Shown here: piece after piece, positions 18,549 to 29,018 of the stretch
Numbering within the stretch: the stretch's first letter is position 1
Layout: each line of letters begins with the position of its first letter
Assembly (NCBI GenBank): GCA_963668025.2
Contig: CAXXTH010000010.1
Span: 992,001 to 1,056,000, forward strand
Direction: 5' to 3'
From: Candidatus Hydrogenedentota bacterium
Lineage (GTDB): Bacteria > Hydrogenedentota > Hydrogenedentia > Hydrogenedentales > SLHB01
Length of the DNA: 64,000 nucleotides
The notes under the pieces: generated by a model
The model's input: only the letters and a program-made list of their open reading frames with translations
What the model was told of the DNA's origin: nothing
Database searches by the model: none
Translations under genes and position numbers: made by a program

Positions 18549-21536
18549 ATGCGGGTTTGGCATCTTCGACAAAGCTTTGTGGTCCTGGGACTATGGCTTG
18601 CGTCAGGGCTCATCGGCCAATCTTCATGGGCCGACGCAGCGCCTTTGCTTCAGACAAACGATAAAGTTGAGCTGATTAACCAGGAACTCCGTTTACCGGT
18701 TTCTCTGCTGTGTCCGCGTTTTGTTTTTAGTACAGGCCAGGCCGGCGGTGCGCAAGCGCCTACCCGGGTTGATGGAAGCCTTGAAGCAGGCAAAGAGCTG
18801 TTGGCGGAATATGAACCGCTGTCCATAGGCGATTCCATGACGTTGGAAGTTAAAGTGCATGTAGCCTGGAGTGATGAAGAAAATGTATTGCGCAAATGGG
18901 CCGAGTATAGAGTCCAGTCCGCGCCCGACGGTTGCGTTTTAAAAGAGATTCAGTTTGACCAGTTGGCGCCCGTGGCCGGGCAGGCAATCGATTTTGTGCC
19001 ATCGCCTCCCCAGAGTTTTCCCGGTTTCTTCCGGGGCTTTTTTGCAGGGGTGGAGTTCCCGATTGCCAGCACCCGCATGGAAGGGGATGGCCTATTACTA
19101 GCGCAGCATCCAGGACGCTTATTCAAAGGGGACTCGGATTGGCTGGCCAGCCGGAAAGTCCTGTATGGCCCGGCTCCTGTGGGCCGCGAGCGTGAGGTCT
19201 TTGCGGATTTGGTAGCGCAACACCGTCCCCAGCCCCACGGCCTGCATTTTAATTACAATAGCTGGTATACCTTGCCGTGGCCGTGTTCAGAAAAAATGAC
19301 ATTGGATCTTATGCAGGTGTTTAATGACAATTTAAACAAGCCGTATGGCGTCTCATTCGATTCATTTACGATTGACATGGGCTGGTCTGATCCCAAAAGC
19401 CTGTGGCAAATCGACCAGTCGATGTTCCCGCAAGGTTTTGTCAATATCAAAAAGCAAGCCGAGAGTATGAATGCCAAGCTTGGCCTTTGGATTTCACCCA
19501 CTTCTTGTTATCCGCCAGCCCTCGATAACGAGTGGGCCAAGGCAAATGGCTACGAAACGTATCTAACCGGCCAAGATGGCAAATTCCGCGCCTGCTGCCT
19601 GGGCGGCCCCAAGTATGCCGAAGAATTTAAGAACCGCCTAGTGTCTTTGGCGGTGGAATCAGGCGTGCGGCAGTTCAAACTAGATGGATATTGGTTCTTA
19701 TGCCCGGAATCCGATCATGGACACCAGCCGGGCGAGGATTCCGCCGAAGCCACTGCCGAGGGGGCGATTCGTGCATTCGAGGCGGTTCGCGCTGCCGCGC
19801 CTGATATCTGGCTGGAGCCTACTTGCTTTGGCTCCAATCCTAGCCCATGGTGGCTCTATTACGTCAACTCGGTGATCGGGACCTTCGGGGACGATAATCC
19901 GCCGCCGCGCTCGCCTTGTCCGATTGACCGGGAAAGCATGACCACGAGCCGGGATTTCTTCAACCTGCAAGGGGCGGCGCTCTTGACCTTGCCCATTGTG
20001 GCCCAGGAAGTGCTCGGGATTAATCATCAGACCGAGCATCCCTTCTTAAACGATGCCGTGGATGTCATTTTACGCGGCCATGCGTTCATACCGCTATATG
20101 TTAATCCACGCAATATGAATCCCCGCCGCTGGGCGATGCTGGCGGACGTGATGAAATGGGCGCGCGCCAACGAGGCCACGCTCGCGCAGACCCGTCCTCT
20201 GCTGCCGGAAGCGTGGCAGACCGGAAACGTACCCCATTTTGACTCGCAAGCCGTTATGCCGCGCCAGCCCTATGGCTACCTCCATTGGGCCAATGGCCAG
20301 GGCCTGATCCATCTGCGCAATCCCTGGATCAAACAACAATCGGTGCGTATTGACCTGGGCCGACAGTTGGGTATTCCCGACGAGCAGAACCCTTTGGATG
20401 CCGTCAGCATCTATCCCGATGTGAGGCTATATGGCCAGAATCTTACCGCCAGCAGCATCCTGGAGGTGTCCCTTGCTCCCTATGAAACCGTGGTAATCTC
20501 GTTGCAGAAAGGGCTTGCCAAGCATAAAGGGCTTAAACCGTCCTGTGATGTCATTGGCCGGGAGCTTCAGGTTCGCGGCATGCAAGCAAAACTGGAACGG
20601 CTGCAATTCAAACCCAGCGATGTTCCTCCTGTTGGGCCCAGTTGGACAGCGCCGTTGGGCGGCAAAGAAGCCATTCAATTGACGGCTAAGGGCGATGTAA
20701 CAGCCAGTGATGTTCAAAGCGAGATACTGGTCATTCTCGAAGGTAAAGCCAATTCCCCTTCGGTTTCCCGCGCAGCCATGAAGATTAATGGAGTCGAAAC
20801 GCCTCTGCAAGTGTCCCATTCGGAATCCATTTGGGTTGCTTCGTATGCGCCGCCGCCCGAGCCTTGGACCTTGTTGCGAGCGCCATTGAAACCCGGAAAA
20901 AACACGATCGATTTGAGCGTCTTGTGCGACAGCGAAACCACGACGGTTTCCTGCTGGGCCTGGGCTTGGAATAACACGGCCCAAGAACCGGTGCGTTTCC
21001 CCAATGCGTTGCCTAAGCCCGAGCAGCTCTTCCTGGATTCCAAGGCGCTGCTGGATAGCCAAAACGTTTGCACGGCCGCGCTTGTCGCGGACCAGGAATG
21101 CCCTGTCGAACGAATCGACGGCGTGTATCTGGACTCGCTGGAGCCCGCCACCCAAACCCAGGACGTTAAGACGCTACAAAAGAACACGAATGTTATGGGT
21201 AAAACGATCATGATTTTCGATCAACAATGTATCCGTGGCATTGGCACGCATGCGAACGCCCGGCTGGTGTACGATATCGGAGGCAAGGGCTTCAAACGCT
21301 TTCAAAGCTGGGTGGGCGGCGATGCGGGCAATCAAGCGGCTACCGTGTCGTTTACTGTAATCGTGGATGGCCAGAAACGCTGGGAATCGGGGTACTTAAG
21401 CTCGCAACAGCCGGGCCGCCAAATCGACCTGGATATCACCGGCGCATCCACGCTGGAATTGCTGGTGGGCGACGGCGGCAACGGGAATGATGCCGATTGG
21501 GCCGATTTTGGCGATGCAAAGCTGCTATATCATTGA
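18549..21536 (+). CDS. Secreted GH27/GH36-clan (alpha-galactosidase-like) glycoside hydrolase with C-terminal NPCBM domain
   Basis: Signal peptide; YNSWY, FTIDMGW, FPQGF, LGLWISP, QFKLDG TIM-barrel motifs; NPCBM-like GIGTHANARLVYDI...LELLVGDGGNGNDADWADFGDAKL. Confidence 0.75.
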   Translation: MRVWHLRQSFVVLGLWLASGLIGQSSWADAAPLLQTNDKVELINQELRLPVSLLCPRFVFSTGQAGGAQAPTRVDGSLEAGKELLAEYEPLSIGDSMTLEVKVHVAWSDEENVLRKWAEYRVQSAPDGCVLKEIQFDQLAPVAGQAIDFVPSPPQSFPGFFRGFFAGVEFPIASTRMEGDGLLLAQHPGRLFKGDSDWLASRKVLYGPAPVGREREVFADLVAQHRPQPHGLHFNYNSWYTLPWPCSEKMTLDLMQVFNDNLNKPYGVSFDSFTIDMGWSDPKSLWQIDQSMFPQGFVNIKKQAESMNAKLGLWISPTSCYPPALDNEWAKANGYETYLTGQDGKFRACCLGGPKYAEEFKNRLVSLAVESGVRQFKLDGYWFLCPESDHGHQPGEDSAEATAEGAIRAFEAVRAAAPDIWLEPTCFGSNPSPWWLYYVNSVIGTFGDDNPPPRSPCPIDRESMTTSRDFFNLQGAALLTLPIVAQEVLGINHQTEHPFLNDAVDVILRGHAFIPLYVNPRNMNPRRWAMLADVMKWARANEATLAQTRPLLPEAWQTGNVPHFDSQAVMPRQPYGYLHWANGQGLIHLRNPWIKQQSVRIDLGRQLGIPDEQNPLDAVSIYPDVRLYGQNLTASSILEVSLAPYETVVISLQKGLAKHKGLKPSCDVIGRELQVRGMQAKLERLQFKPSDVPPVGPSWTAPLGGKEAIQLTAKGDVTASDVQSEILVILEGKANSPSVSRAAMKINGVETPLQVSHSESIWVASYAPPPEPWTLLRAPLKPGKNTIDLSVLCDSETTTVSCWAWAWNNTAQEPVRFPNALPKPEQLFLDSKALLDSQNVCTAALVADQECPVERIDGVYLDSLEPATQTQDVKTLQKNTNVMGKTIMIFDQQCIRGIGTHANARLVYDIGGKGFKRFQSWVGGDAGNQAATVSFTVIVDGQKRWESGYLSSQQPGRQIDLDITGASTLELLVGDGGNGNDADWADFGDAKLLYH

Positions 21537-22059
21537 GGCCGAAGTTGATAGGCAAGGACCCATACTTCGTGCATCTGTGTGAGTAGAGGCAAGGCCGTAA
21601 ACTTACAAAAGCTTGTTCATATCAACCTATGATGAGCCTTTTGAAGGTTTACGGCCGCAGTCTATTCCACCCTGGTTTCTGTCGTGAGAGGAGGATACTT
21701 ACAAGATAAAAAAAAAGGATATTTCGTACGTGAAATGAATTTTGGACGTACCTTATAACTATGTAAGACTTTAGCCGGCTGAAGTAGCATCTTGTATTTG
21801 GCAGCCTTGTTTATTCCTTTTCGCTGGCCTTGATACATCATTTTGTATCTTGCGACCGGCGCCTTCGCTGGTCATTCTTCACCACTTGGCCAAAGTGATA
21901 CATAATTTATTTTGTACATATTACATCCAAAGGAAGCCATGGATTTTACCGCTATTGCTGCACAGCCATAGGCCTGCCCCCTCCAAGTAGACTATAATTC
22001 CCATCATTGCATACGAAATCCAATCGTTCAAAAGAAAATAGGCAACGGTCTTTTTTTTA

Positions 22060-22088
22060 TTGACAAAATATACTATTGTCTATATTCT
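22060..22088 (+). promoter_or_regulatory. Sigma70 promoter of the BlaI-like gene with a palindromic operator in the spacer
   Basis: TTGACA (22060) -17- TATTCT (22083); AATATAC-TATT-GTCTATATT dyad resembling BlaI/CopY-type boxes. Confidence 0.65.
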
Positions 22089-22132
22089 AAATCCGCATAC
22101 AGCTCGAATGCCACAAAGAAGGAGAAAAGATT

Positions 22133-22561
22133 ATGCCGAAACAGAATAATGAAAAGAGCATACCCCCTAAAATCGCGGGAGACAACCTTCCTAGCGCTGA
22201 GCTTGAGATCCTGGCGTGCCTGTGGCAGAAGGGAAAAGCGACGGCGCGTGAGCTGCAAGAGACGATGGCTTCCTATCGTCCCATGGCCCATGGCTCCATG
22301 GTGACGCTTCTTAAACGCCTGGAAAGCAAGGGATATGTTTCCAAGCAGAAAGCCCAAACAGGGAAAGCATTTGTCTATGAGCCCACCAACGGTCCGAAGC
22401 AAACATACCGGCGGATCATGAAATACCTGCATGATCGCATTTTCGGCGGTAGTGGCGTTGCGCTGGTGACGTCTCTATTCGAGTCTAGGCCGCCAAACCA
22501 GGAAGAACTTGATACCTTACAGAAACTTCTGGACCAGTTGCGTGAAAAGCGCCATCAATAG
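22133..22561 (+). CDS. BlaI/MecI/CopY family transcriptional repressor
   Basis: LPSAELEILACLW..ATAREL..VTLLKRLESKGYV..GKAFVYEP..RIFGGS..LVTSL; followed by an M56 gene. Confidence 0.92.
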   Translation: MPKQNNEKSIPPKIAGDNLPSAELEILACLWQKGKATARELQETMASYRPMAHGSMVTLLKRLESKGYVSKQKAQTGKAFVYEPTNGPKQTYRRIMKYLHDRIFGGSGVALVTSLFESRPPNQEELDTLQKLLDQLREKRHQ

Positions 22562-22572
22562 GAGGAAGGGTC

Positions 22573-25500
22573 ATGAGTCATGTGATTGACTGCCTGATGC
22601 TATTGGAAAAACACTGGTGGCCGTATATCGTGCATGCAACATGGCAGTCTACGCTTCTTGGGATTGTCATCTTGGCCCTTGTGGCGGCGCTACGGCGGCG
22701 ATCGGCGGCGCTGAGATATGGACTGCTCGCCGTGGCGTTGTTGAAATTCGCCATTCCCCCCATGCTGGCCTTTCCCACGGGCCTATTCAGTTGGACTCCG
22801 GTGAATATGGCGGAACCGGCGATTGGGATAGCCCATACAAGCATGATAGAGGCCAGAGATACGGCTTTCACACCATCCACAAACGTGCTATCGAGCGCTC
22901 CAAACACCTCAAATCCTGTTCAAGCATTCTCACTGCTACCATTTGCTTTAACGCCGCCAAATAACATTATTGCGGAGGAAGTGGCCAAACCATCTTCCAT
23001 ATTCTCCACTTTTATGGCCTGGCAAAACATCCTGTTTATGGTCCATGCGATTGGAGGGTTTTCCGTAGCCCTGTGGATACTCTATTCATGGTTCGAGATA
23101 CGAAAGCTGCTCCGCAGGTGCCGCAAGCCAGAAGACCTTGCTCTTCAGAACGGCTTCTCACGCCTTTCCCAACAGATGGGCCTTCGCCGGAAGGTGCAGT
23201 TGCTCATCGCACCGGGTGAAGTGCCGCCCATGGGATTTGGCGTATTTAGTCCCACCGTGCTGTTATCCGACTCGCTTTTGAAGAGCCTGTCGCCGGATGA
23301 ACTCGCGATAGTGCTGGCGCATGAGCTGGCGCATCACCGCCGTAAAGATACCTGGTTTATTTTATTGGAGGATTTGCTAGTACTGGCGTGGTGGTTCAAT
23401 CCGGTGTTATGGCTGCTCGTTCGTGAATTGCGCAAAACCCGCGAAGATTGTTGTGACGACCTCGTGCTGGCAATGGACATCGCCGACAATGAACAATACT
23501 GCAATAGCTTGATGAGCGCAGCGGAAAGTGTCTCTCCCCCGAAACCGGCTCATATCGCGCTGGGCTTTGCGGATCATCTTCATCCGTTAGGCCGGCGGTT
23601 CAAACGCATCATGGATACGACCCTGCGCCGTTCTACAAAAGTTTCCGTTGTTGGTGTCCTTTTTCTGCTCGCATTAGGGCTGGCGGTGCTGCCAGGCCTT
23701 CGGGCTATCGGCTCGGAGGAGAACCAAGCAGGCGGGCAAGCTACTTCACCGGGTACGAATGCATCTGCCCAATCTCCGGCGGCCCCGCCTGCCGCTCCGG
23801 CTCCCGCCGCTAAAGGCATCGATCCTGCCCAGTTTCCTGGCGAGGTGATATTCGAGGGACGATATAAACACCGCAGTCGTGGCGGGGAAATACCCGAGCC
23901 GAGTGAACTCATCATCAAACAATCCAGCGATGGCGGCATTACGGCATTAACCTATCTGCCGTTCATGAATGCGAAAGATGCCGCTACCGGAGATGTATCC
24001 AACCACTTGATACGGTATGCATCCGGGCCTGGCGGCCAGCCGGTTTATCCCACGAAACTTGAGTTCCAAAATGGGAAAGCGATTCTGAACCGCCATGGCG
24101 GCGCGCGCGAAGACGCGGATAACAAGGAGCTCTCCACACCAGCCGGTGCGGAGTTTGATCCGAATACACGCCCGGATTCCTATTGCGCCGCGAATGTGTT
24201 GTTGAGGCGCTTCGATATGAAAGCAGGCCAGCCTCAAGAGTTTGAAATGTTTGATTGGGACAATACCGGCGAAGGGCTCGCGGGTTATCGAATCAAGCTC
24301 GAATACGTAGGCAAAGAGGAAGTCAATGTCGCGGCAGGCGTATTTGAAGCAAACCATATCCTTCTTACCCAGATGACCAGCGCGGATACCTGGTTTAAAA
24401 AGCGGGCCGGAAATCTGACGGACTTCTGGCTCCTTGATAATGGGATCATCGTGAAGATCGTGCGACACCGTGAGCCGTATGAAGTCGAGTTATATGATTA
24501 TAAGACGCCTGGAGAATTGCCAGGCTTTTTGCGGAAGGCCGAAGCGCCCCTTACGATAGTCTCCGCCGTCTATGGCGCTGGCGATACATGGGTCGATGTG
24601 ACCCAGCAACTGGCCCAGCAGATTCGCCAAAACACGCTGAACGTCAAAGCGTCCAACGAGCTTGTGGGTGGGAATCCAGTGGATCAGACGCCCAAAACAC
24701 TGAATGTGCATTACCGGATAGGAGATACGCTGCACTCCGTCACGGTAAAAGAAAATGAAGTGCTACAAATTCCTGCACCATCCGTGGAACAGGAGGGAGC
24801 GCCATCTCCGCCATCCAGCCCGGAAGGAACCACTGAATCCCAAAAGGCATCCACGACCGTCACAGGCAGAATTACTGATACGGATGGCCATCCTATTTCA
24901 GGAGCACAATTAACCATCCAGAACTCAGGTAGTGGCCCGGCGCACAACGCAGAAACTCGTTCCGGCTCAGACGGCCATTTTGTACTGAATGCGTTGCCGA
25001 GCAACAGCAGATTACTCGTTTCCGCGGATGGGTATGCGCCGGTGACCCGAACTCAAGATGTGTCGGAGGGAGCGAATATCGGATGGGATTTCATACTGCC
25101 CAAGAGCGCCCATGTATCCGGTAGAGTTGTGGACACTAACAATAAACCCCAAACGGAACGCGTGATCGAGTTGTGGGCAGAGGGCGGTGGTGCACCCCTC
25201 ATGCCCGGAACAGCATATTACGCCTCTGGAGGGTCTGGGGAGGTCACGAATAGCGAAGGCATTTTTGATATGCCTAATATTGCACCTGGCAAACATCGCG
25301 TCATCATATATCGTTCTGTCCCGAGCGCTGATCGCAACATGGAACAGATACCAATAAACCAGCAATTCCTTGATGTCCACCCAGGCGAGCGCATAGAGAA
25401 CCTAGTATTCGTGATGAATCCGCCAGAAGATTATGTTCTGGCGGGCCATGTCACAGATGCGGCGGGAAATCCCCTTCCGGGGATCGTAGTCGAGACATTT

Positions 25501-26514
25501 ATTCCACATGGCCGTCATTGGTGGATTCGTACGGATAAAGACGGGGCTTATTATCTGGATGGCCTCGATGGCATGGGACGGCCGTCTTTTCAGTTATATT
25601 TCAACGGCATTAACGGGACGCAGTATAATCTTGCTATACCTGATATCCCGTTGAATACCAAAGACACGGTCTTCATCGTACCTGGGAACGGCGGCATCCA
25701 GGGAATCGTGCGCAACGCGAAATCGGGTGATCCCTTGGCCACTTACGAAATCACGGTGCAGGAAGTGTGTTTACCCGACAGCGGTGCGATTTGGACGGCT
25801 CCCCCGGTGAAAATCGAGCGTGATCCAGACGCGGGATTCACCGTATCGGATGTGCCGGCAGGTATTGCGACAGTCGAAGTGTGTGCGGAAGGACTCGGCG
25901 TTCAACGGTTTTCCGTGCCAGTCGAGGCAGGTAAAACGGCGCGGCTGGACTGCGGGATGATGGGGCCAGCGGTTATATCAGGCCGCACCACGATGAATGG
26001 CGGGCCTATGCAAACTTCAATTGTCATCAATGGCAAATGGCTTATTTCCGATAAAGAGGGGTATTACAGTTTTGATCAGTTCCCAAACGGGAAAACGCTG
26101 GTATGGTTCTTTATCGCTGATGGCTGGTACCGTAGCGCGGAGGTTGAACTTAAATCCGGCGAGACGGCCCGCCTGGATATGGATATGGGAGGCTCTTGTG
26201 AAATCCGTGGTACGGTTACATTTCCCGAGGACACAGAGGAACGGTGCGCCATCCGGCTTGCCGCCAAACCCGCGCCAGATGGGTGGTCTGAAGGCCGTCC
26301 AAACGTGGATGAATATGTGTTGGCCTATGACCTGATCTATGAATCCGGTCAACCCTACCATTTCCCAAACATACCGCCAGGACGATGGTATTTAATGGCG
26401 GGCAAATACCGCCCTTCCATGAGCCGCTGCTTGCTGGGGGATTCAAAGGAAATTGAACTGAAAGAGGGAGAATCACTCACGGTGGATTTCAATTTAGGAG
26501 ATTTGGATAAATAG
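22573..26514 (+). CDS. BlaR1-like M56 membrane metallopeptidase sensor with a long modular extracytoplasmic region (lectin-like module, carboxypeptidase-regulatory-like repeats)
   Basis: N-terminal TM helices, HELAH zinc motif, WWFNP, REDCCDDLV; later TVTGRITDTDGHPISGA-type beta-sandwich repeats; no penicillin-binding sensor domain recognised. Confidence 0.88.
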   Translation: MSHVIDCLMLLEKHWWPYIVHATWQSTLLGIVILALVAALRRRSAALRYGLLAVALLKFAIPPMLAFPTGLFSWTPVNMAEPAIGIAHTSMIEARDTAFTPSTNVLSSAPNTSNPVQAFSLLPFALTPPNNIIAEEVAKPSSIFSTFMAWQNILFMVHAIGGFSVALWILYSWFEIRKLLRRCRKPEDLALQNGFSRLSQQMGLRRKVQLLIAPGEVPPMGFGVFSPTVLLSDSLLKSLSPDELAIVLAHELAHHRRKDTWFILLEDLLVLAWWFNPVLWLLVRELRKTREDCCDDLVLAMDIADNEQYCNSLMSAAESVSPPKPAHIALGFADHLHPLGRRFKRIMDTTLRRSTKVSVVGVLFLLALGLAVLPGLRAIGSEENQAGGQATSPGTNASAQSPAAPPAAPAPAAKGIDPAQFPGEVIFEGRYKHRSRGGEIPEPSELIIKQSSDGGITALTYLPFMNAKDAATGDVSNHLIRYASGPGGQPVYPTKLEFQNGKAILNRHGGAREDADNKELSTPAGAEFDPNTRPDSYCAANVLLRRFDMKAGQPQEFEMFDWDNTGEGLAGYRIKLEYVGKEEVNVAAGVFEANHILLTQMTSADTWFKKRAGNLTDFWLLDNGIIVKIVRHREPYEVELYDYKTPGELPGFLRKAEAPLTIVSAVYGAGDTWVDVTQQLAQQIRQNTLNVKASNELVGGNPVDQTPKTLNVHYRIGDTLHSVTVKENEVLQIPAPSVEQEGAPSPPSSPEGTTESQKASTTVTGRITDTDGHPISGAQLTIQNSGSGPAHNAETRSGSDGHFVLNALPSNSRLLVSADGYAPVTRTQDVSEGANIGWDFILPKSAHVSGRVVDTNNKPQTERVIELWAEGGGAPLMPGTAYYASGGSGEVTNSEGIFDMPNIAPGKHRVIIYRSVPSADRNMEQIPINQQFLDVHPGERIENLVFVMNPPEDYVLAGHVTDAAGNPLPGIVVETFIPHGRHWWIRTDKDGAYYLDGLDGMGRPSFQLYFNGINGTQYNLAIPDIPLNTKDTVFIVPGNGGIQGIVRNAKSGDPLATYEITVQEVCLPDSGAIWTAPPVKIERDPDAGFTVSDVPAGIATVEVCAEGLGVQRFSVPVEAGKTARLDCGMMGPAVISGRTTMNGGPMQTSIVINGKWLISDKEGYYSFDQFPNGKTLVWFFIADGWYRSAEVELKSGETARLDMDMGGSCEIRGTVTFPEDTEERCAIRLAAKPAPDGWSEGRPNVDEYVLAYDLIYESGQPYHFPNIPPGRWYLMAGKYRPSMSRCLLGDSKEIELKEGESLTVDFNLGDLDK

Positions 26515-26564
26515 CAAGCCATTTATCCAAGTATCTGTTTATTCACCACCAAAACATTAAGGAA

Positions 26565-26593
26565 AAACGGGAATTTTCATCAAATTCCCGTTT
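26565..26593. terminator. Terminator hairpin between convergent genes
   Basis: AAACGGGAATTT-tcatc-AAATTCCCGTTT. Confidence 0.75.
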
Positions 26594-26620
26594 GTTATTA
26601 GTGAGCGTTTTTGGTTGCAT

Positions 26621-28855
26621 TCAGCAATTGGCGTTCTGGCGTCGGTGTCCCTTGGCGATGGCGAATGTGGAGAGCGCCAAGATGCCCATGAACTCCAGGA
26701 GCAAAGCGGCATGGGAGGAAACGCCCAAAGCGAACATGTTCTCTTCGGGTATTAAGGTGGCTTGCCCGTTGACCAGTGGCTGGGTGATGTCGAATTCTCC
26801 GGTTACGGCCTTGCCTAGGAAATAGAACACATGGTTGGACGGATTGCTCACGGCCTTGATGCGGACTTGGTTTGGATATGCGGTGATCTCAAGAACAGCC
26901 CCGTTATATTTGATGCTTTGCGCGGTTAAATAAGACATATCGGAAGGCAATTGGGGCTTAACCGTCATGTTGGTGGCATCAACGGAGATCCCCATGAATC
27001 CATAGAGATACACCATCGGCACCAAACCGGACTCGGGATATTCGCCCGTGATGCCATATTTCCAGTGCAATCCCTTGTTGTTGGCGGGATCCCGGCGCAA
27101 CTGGTCTTGGTGGAATTCTTCTATGATCGCCATCAAGCGCTGGAAAGCGTCATCGGGGCCTTTGTACTTGATCCGGGCCATGATGTCATAGAAGGATTCA
27201 GCGAAGATAGCGCCGCCGTTTTCGTGGTAATTGCCCCACGTGCAGACACTGTTGGGCGTGCAGTTATTGAATTGGTTTTTGTTCGGATACCACCAATAGG
27301 AGTCGTTTTGCTGGATGGCTTCCGCGGCGAGCGTGTTGCTGCGCGGCGCAAATTTAAATGTATAAATGTCAGAACCGGTGGAAGTGTCGCCTGAAATGGT
27401 TCGTTCGCCATCCAGCCAGCTAAAGATTTGCTCCGCTTTATCCTGGTCCGCCAATCCGTAGTACATGGCTTCTAGGTTAAGAAAGGTGAAGCCATAGTCA
27501 TGCTTGGCTCCATCTTCATCGATACATCCGATATATCGCCCCTTGCCGGCATCCCAGAATAAGGAGTTATAATTTGCTTTTACCTCCGTGGCGATAGAGC
27601 GGTAGTATTCGGCGTCCCCCCAATTTCCTAGCTGGCGTTCCAGATTGTACATGGCCAGCAGCGAAGCGTAGAAATAAATGTTATCGTATGCGCTCATATA
27701 CCCGAACGGCCAGCCGTCCCAATAGTTGCTGGCTGCGCCTGTTTTGAGAGAAGAACTGAAGAAGCGCCCGTCATTTTGATATTCACCCGAAGCAGGGCGG
27801 TTGGGGTCGTTGATGATGAGCAAGCCATTCGCGCCATTCAGATTCTGTAGCTGGTAATTCATGATGGAACGCAACGTATCGATGTTTTCCGTCAACCAAG
27901 TCAAGTCATTGTTCCAACAATTGAGATCACCCACTCCTATAAGGGATTTACTATTGGTGTCGAAATGCCATCCCTCGCCCATATAATCATGCGTGGTGGA
28001 TGAAAGCCATACATAACCGTCGTCATCATGGGAATTAATGATGTTGTGTACATGGCCTTTCGCGATGGATGGGGTCCACCAATGATCCAGCCATCCCAGT
28101 TTGTCGGCCAGCACATGGGAAGACACTGAAACCGATTCGCCCCAGAAACATACGCCGCCCAGCATGGATGACCATGGGCTGCCCATCTGCTGCGCTTGGT
28201 CTTCATTCCTGGCAATGCCATAAATACTGAACATGTTATTAACATCGGCGTCGAAGTGATTTTTGTAACCGTAGGTGGCGCCGGGGTGGTCCGCCATGGA
28301 GGAATGGAAAGGCCACATGCGGTCTTGGCCTCCCACTCTGATCTCATCCAACTGGAATGCATAGTTGCCGGAGCCATCATCGGATAACTCGGTGGCGCGG
28401 ATGCGAATGTAATAGGCGCTGATGGGATCAAAAGAAAACGTAATGGGCGTGTTGCTGGAAGGCGTGGCGTAGTCCGCGTGCGCTTCACAAGGGATGGCGT
28501 ACCATGTGTTGCCGGGGTCGGTGGAGTATTCGATGGTGAAATCTTTTGGGAACGCCCGTCCATCAGGCCGTGGAGTCAACGTCACGCTGCTCACCGCATG
28601 GTTTTCACCGGATTCCGAGTTTTGCAGTTTCACTGCGATGTATTCCGTATGGGCGCTATCACTGTAGAGGCTGCTGGACCAACAGTGTCCCCAGCCGGTC
28701 TCACCGTCCTTTACCTTGGTAGCTTCCCATTCCGTATACTGGCTCGAGCCTGCCGCATCTTCAATGGGCAGCGTGGCGGCTTGCCCTGGGCCTATCCATA
28801 AGGCGTTCAGTGCTAAGAAAACCGCTGCGCCACTCATCCCAAGCATAGGCTTCAT
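26621..28855 (-). CDS. Secreted six-hairpin (alpha/alpha)6 glycosidase-like protein with N-terminal F5/8-type C (CBM32-like) domain and C-terminal TM tail
   Basis: Signal peptide from MKPMLG (SD AAAGGAG); WSS..VTLTPR..FPKDFTIEYSTD..YIRIRAT..EIRV discoidin pattern; SNYWD, SAYDNIYFYASL, YNSLFWD..GRY, YHENGGAIF helical-barrel motifs; hydrophobic tail followed by KGHRR. Confidence 0.7.
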   Translation of the reverse strand: MKPMLGMSGAAVFLALNALWIGPGQAATLPIEDAAGSSQYTEWEATKVKDGETGWGHCWSSSLYSDSAHTEYIAVKLQNSESGENHAVSSVTLTPRPDGRAFPKDFTIEYSTDPGNTWYAIPCEAHADYATPSSNTPITFSFDPISAYYIRIRATELSDDGSGNYAFQLDEIRVGGQDRMWPFHSSMADHPGATYGYKNHFDADVNNMFSIYGIARNEDQAQQMGSPWSSMLGGVCFWGESVSVSSHVLADKLGWLDHWWTPSIAKGHVHNIINSHDDDGYVWLSSTTHDYMGEGWHFDTNSKSLIGVGDLNCWNNDLTWLTENIDTLRSIMNYQLQNLNGANGLLIINDPNRPASGEYQNDGRFFSSSLKTGAASNYWDGWPFGYMSAYDNIYFYASLLAMYNLERQLGNWGDAEYYRSIATEVKANYNSLFWDAGKGRYIGCIDEDGAKHDYGFTFLNLEAMYYGLADQDKAEQIFSWLDGERTISGDTSTGSDIYTFKFAPRSNTLAAEAIQQNDSYWWYPNKNQFNNCTPNSVCTWGNYHENGGAIFAESFYDIMARIKYKGPDDAFQRLMAIIEEFHQDQLRRDPANNKGLHWKYGITGEYPESGLVPMVYLYGFMGISVDATNMTVKPQLPSDMSYLTAQSIKYNGAVLEITAYPNQVRIKAVSNPSNHVFYFLGKAVTGEFDITQPLVNGQATLIPEENMFALGVSSHAALLLEFMGILALSTFAIAKGHRRQNANC

Positions 28856-29018
28856 GTTGTTGTCTCCTTTTATGCTTCTCAAATAAATACGGAAAAGAAA
28901 CTGTAGAAAAGCCATAGCGGCTACTCGTTCCACCACCAAGAATTACTATACGCCGGCCCTGCGGAAAAGCGGCGTCTCAAGCATAGGCCATTCCCAGCGA
29001 ATGTATAAATACTGTACC

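Noticed and set aside
21581-21667. c-di-GMP-I riboswitch or integron attC site
   Set aside because: It lacks the GAAA tetraloop/receptor and second stem of GEMM, and lacks RYYYAAC/GTTRRRY boxes; no integron integrase.
22133-26514. Beta-lactam resistance (bla/mec) locus
   Set aside because: No beta-lactamase or PBP gene, and no penicillin-binding sensor domain recognised.
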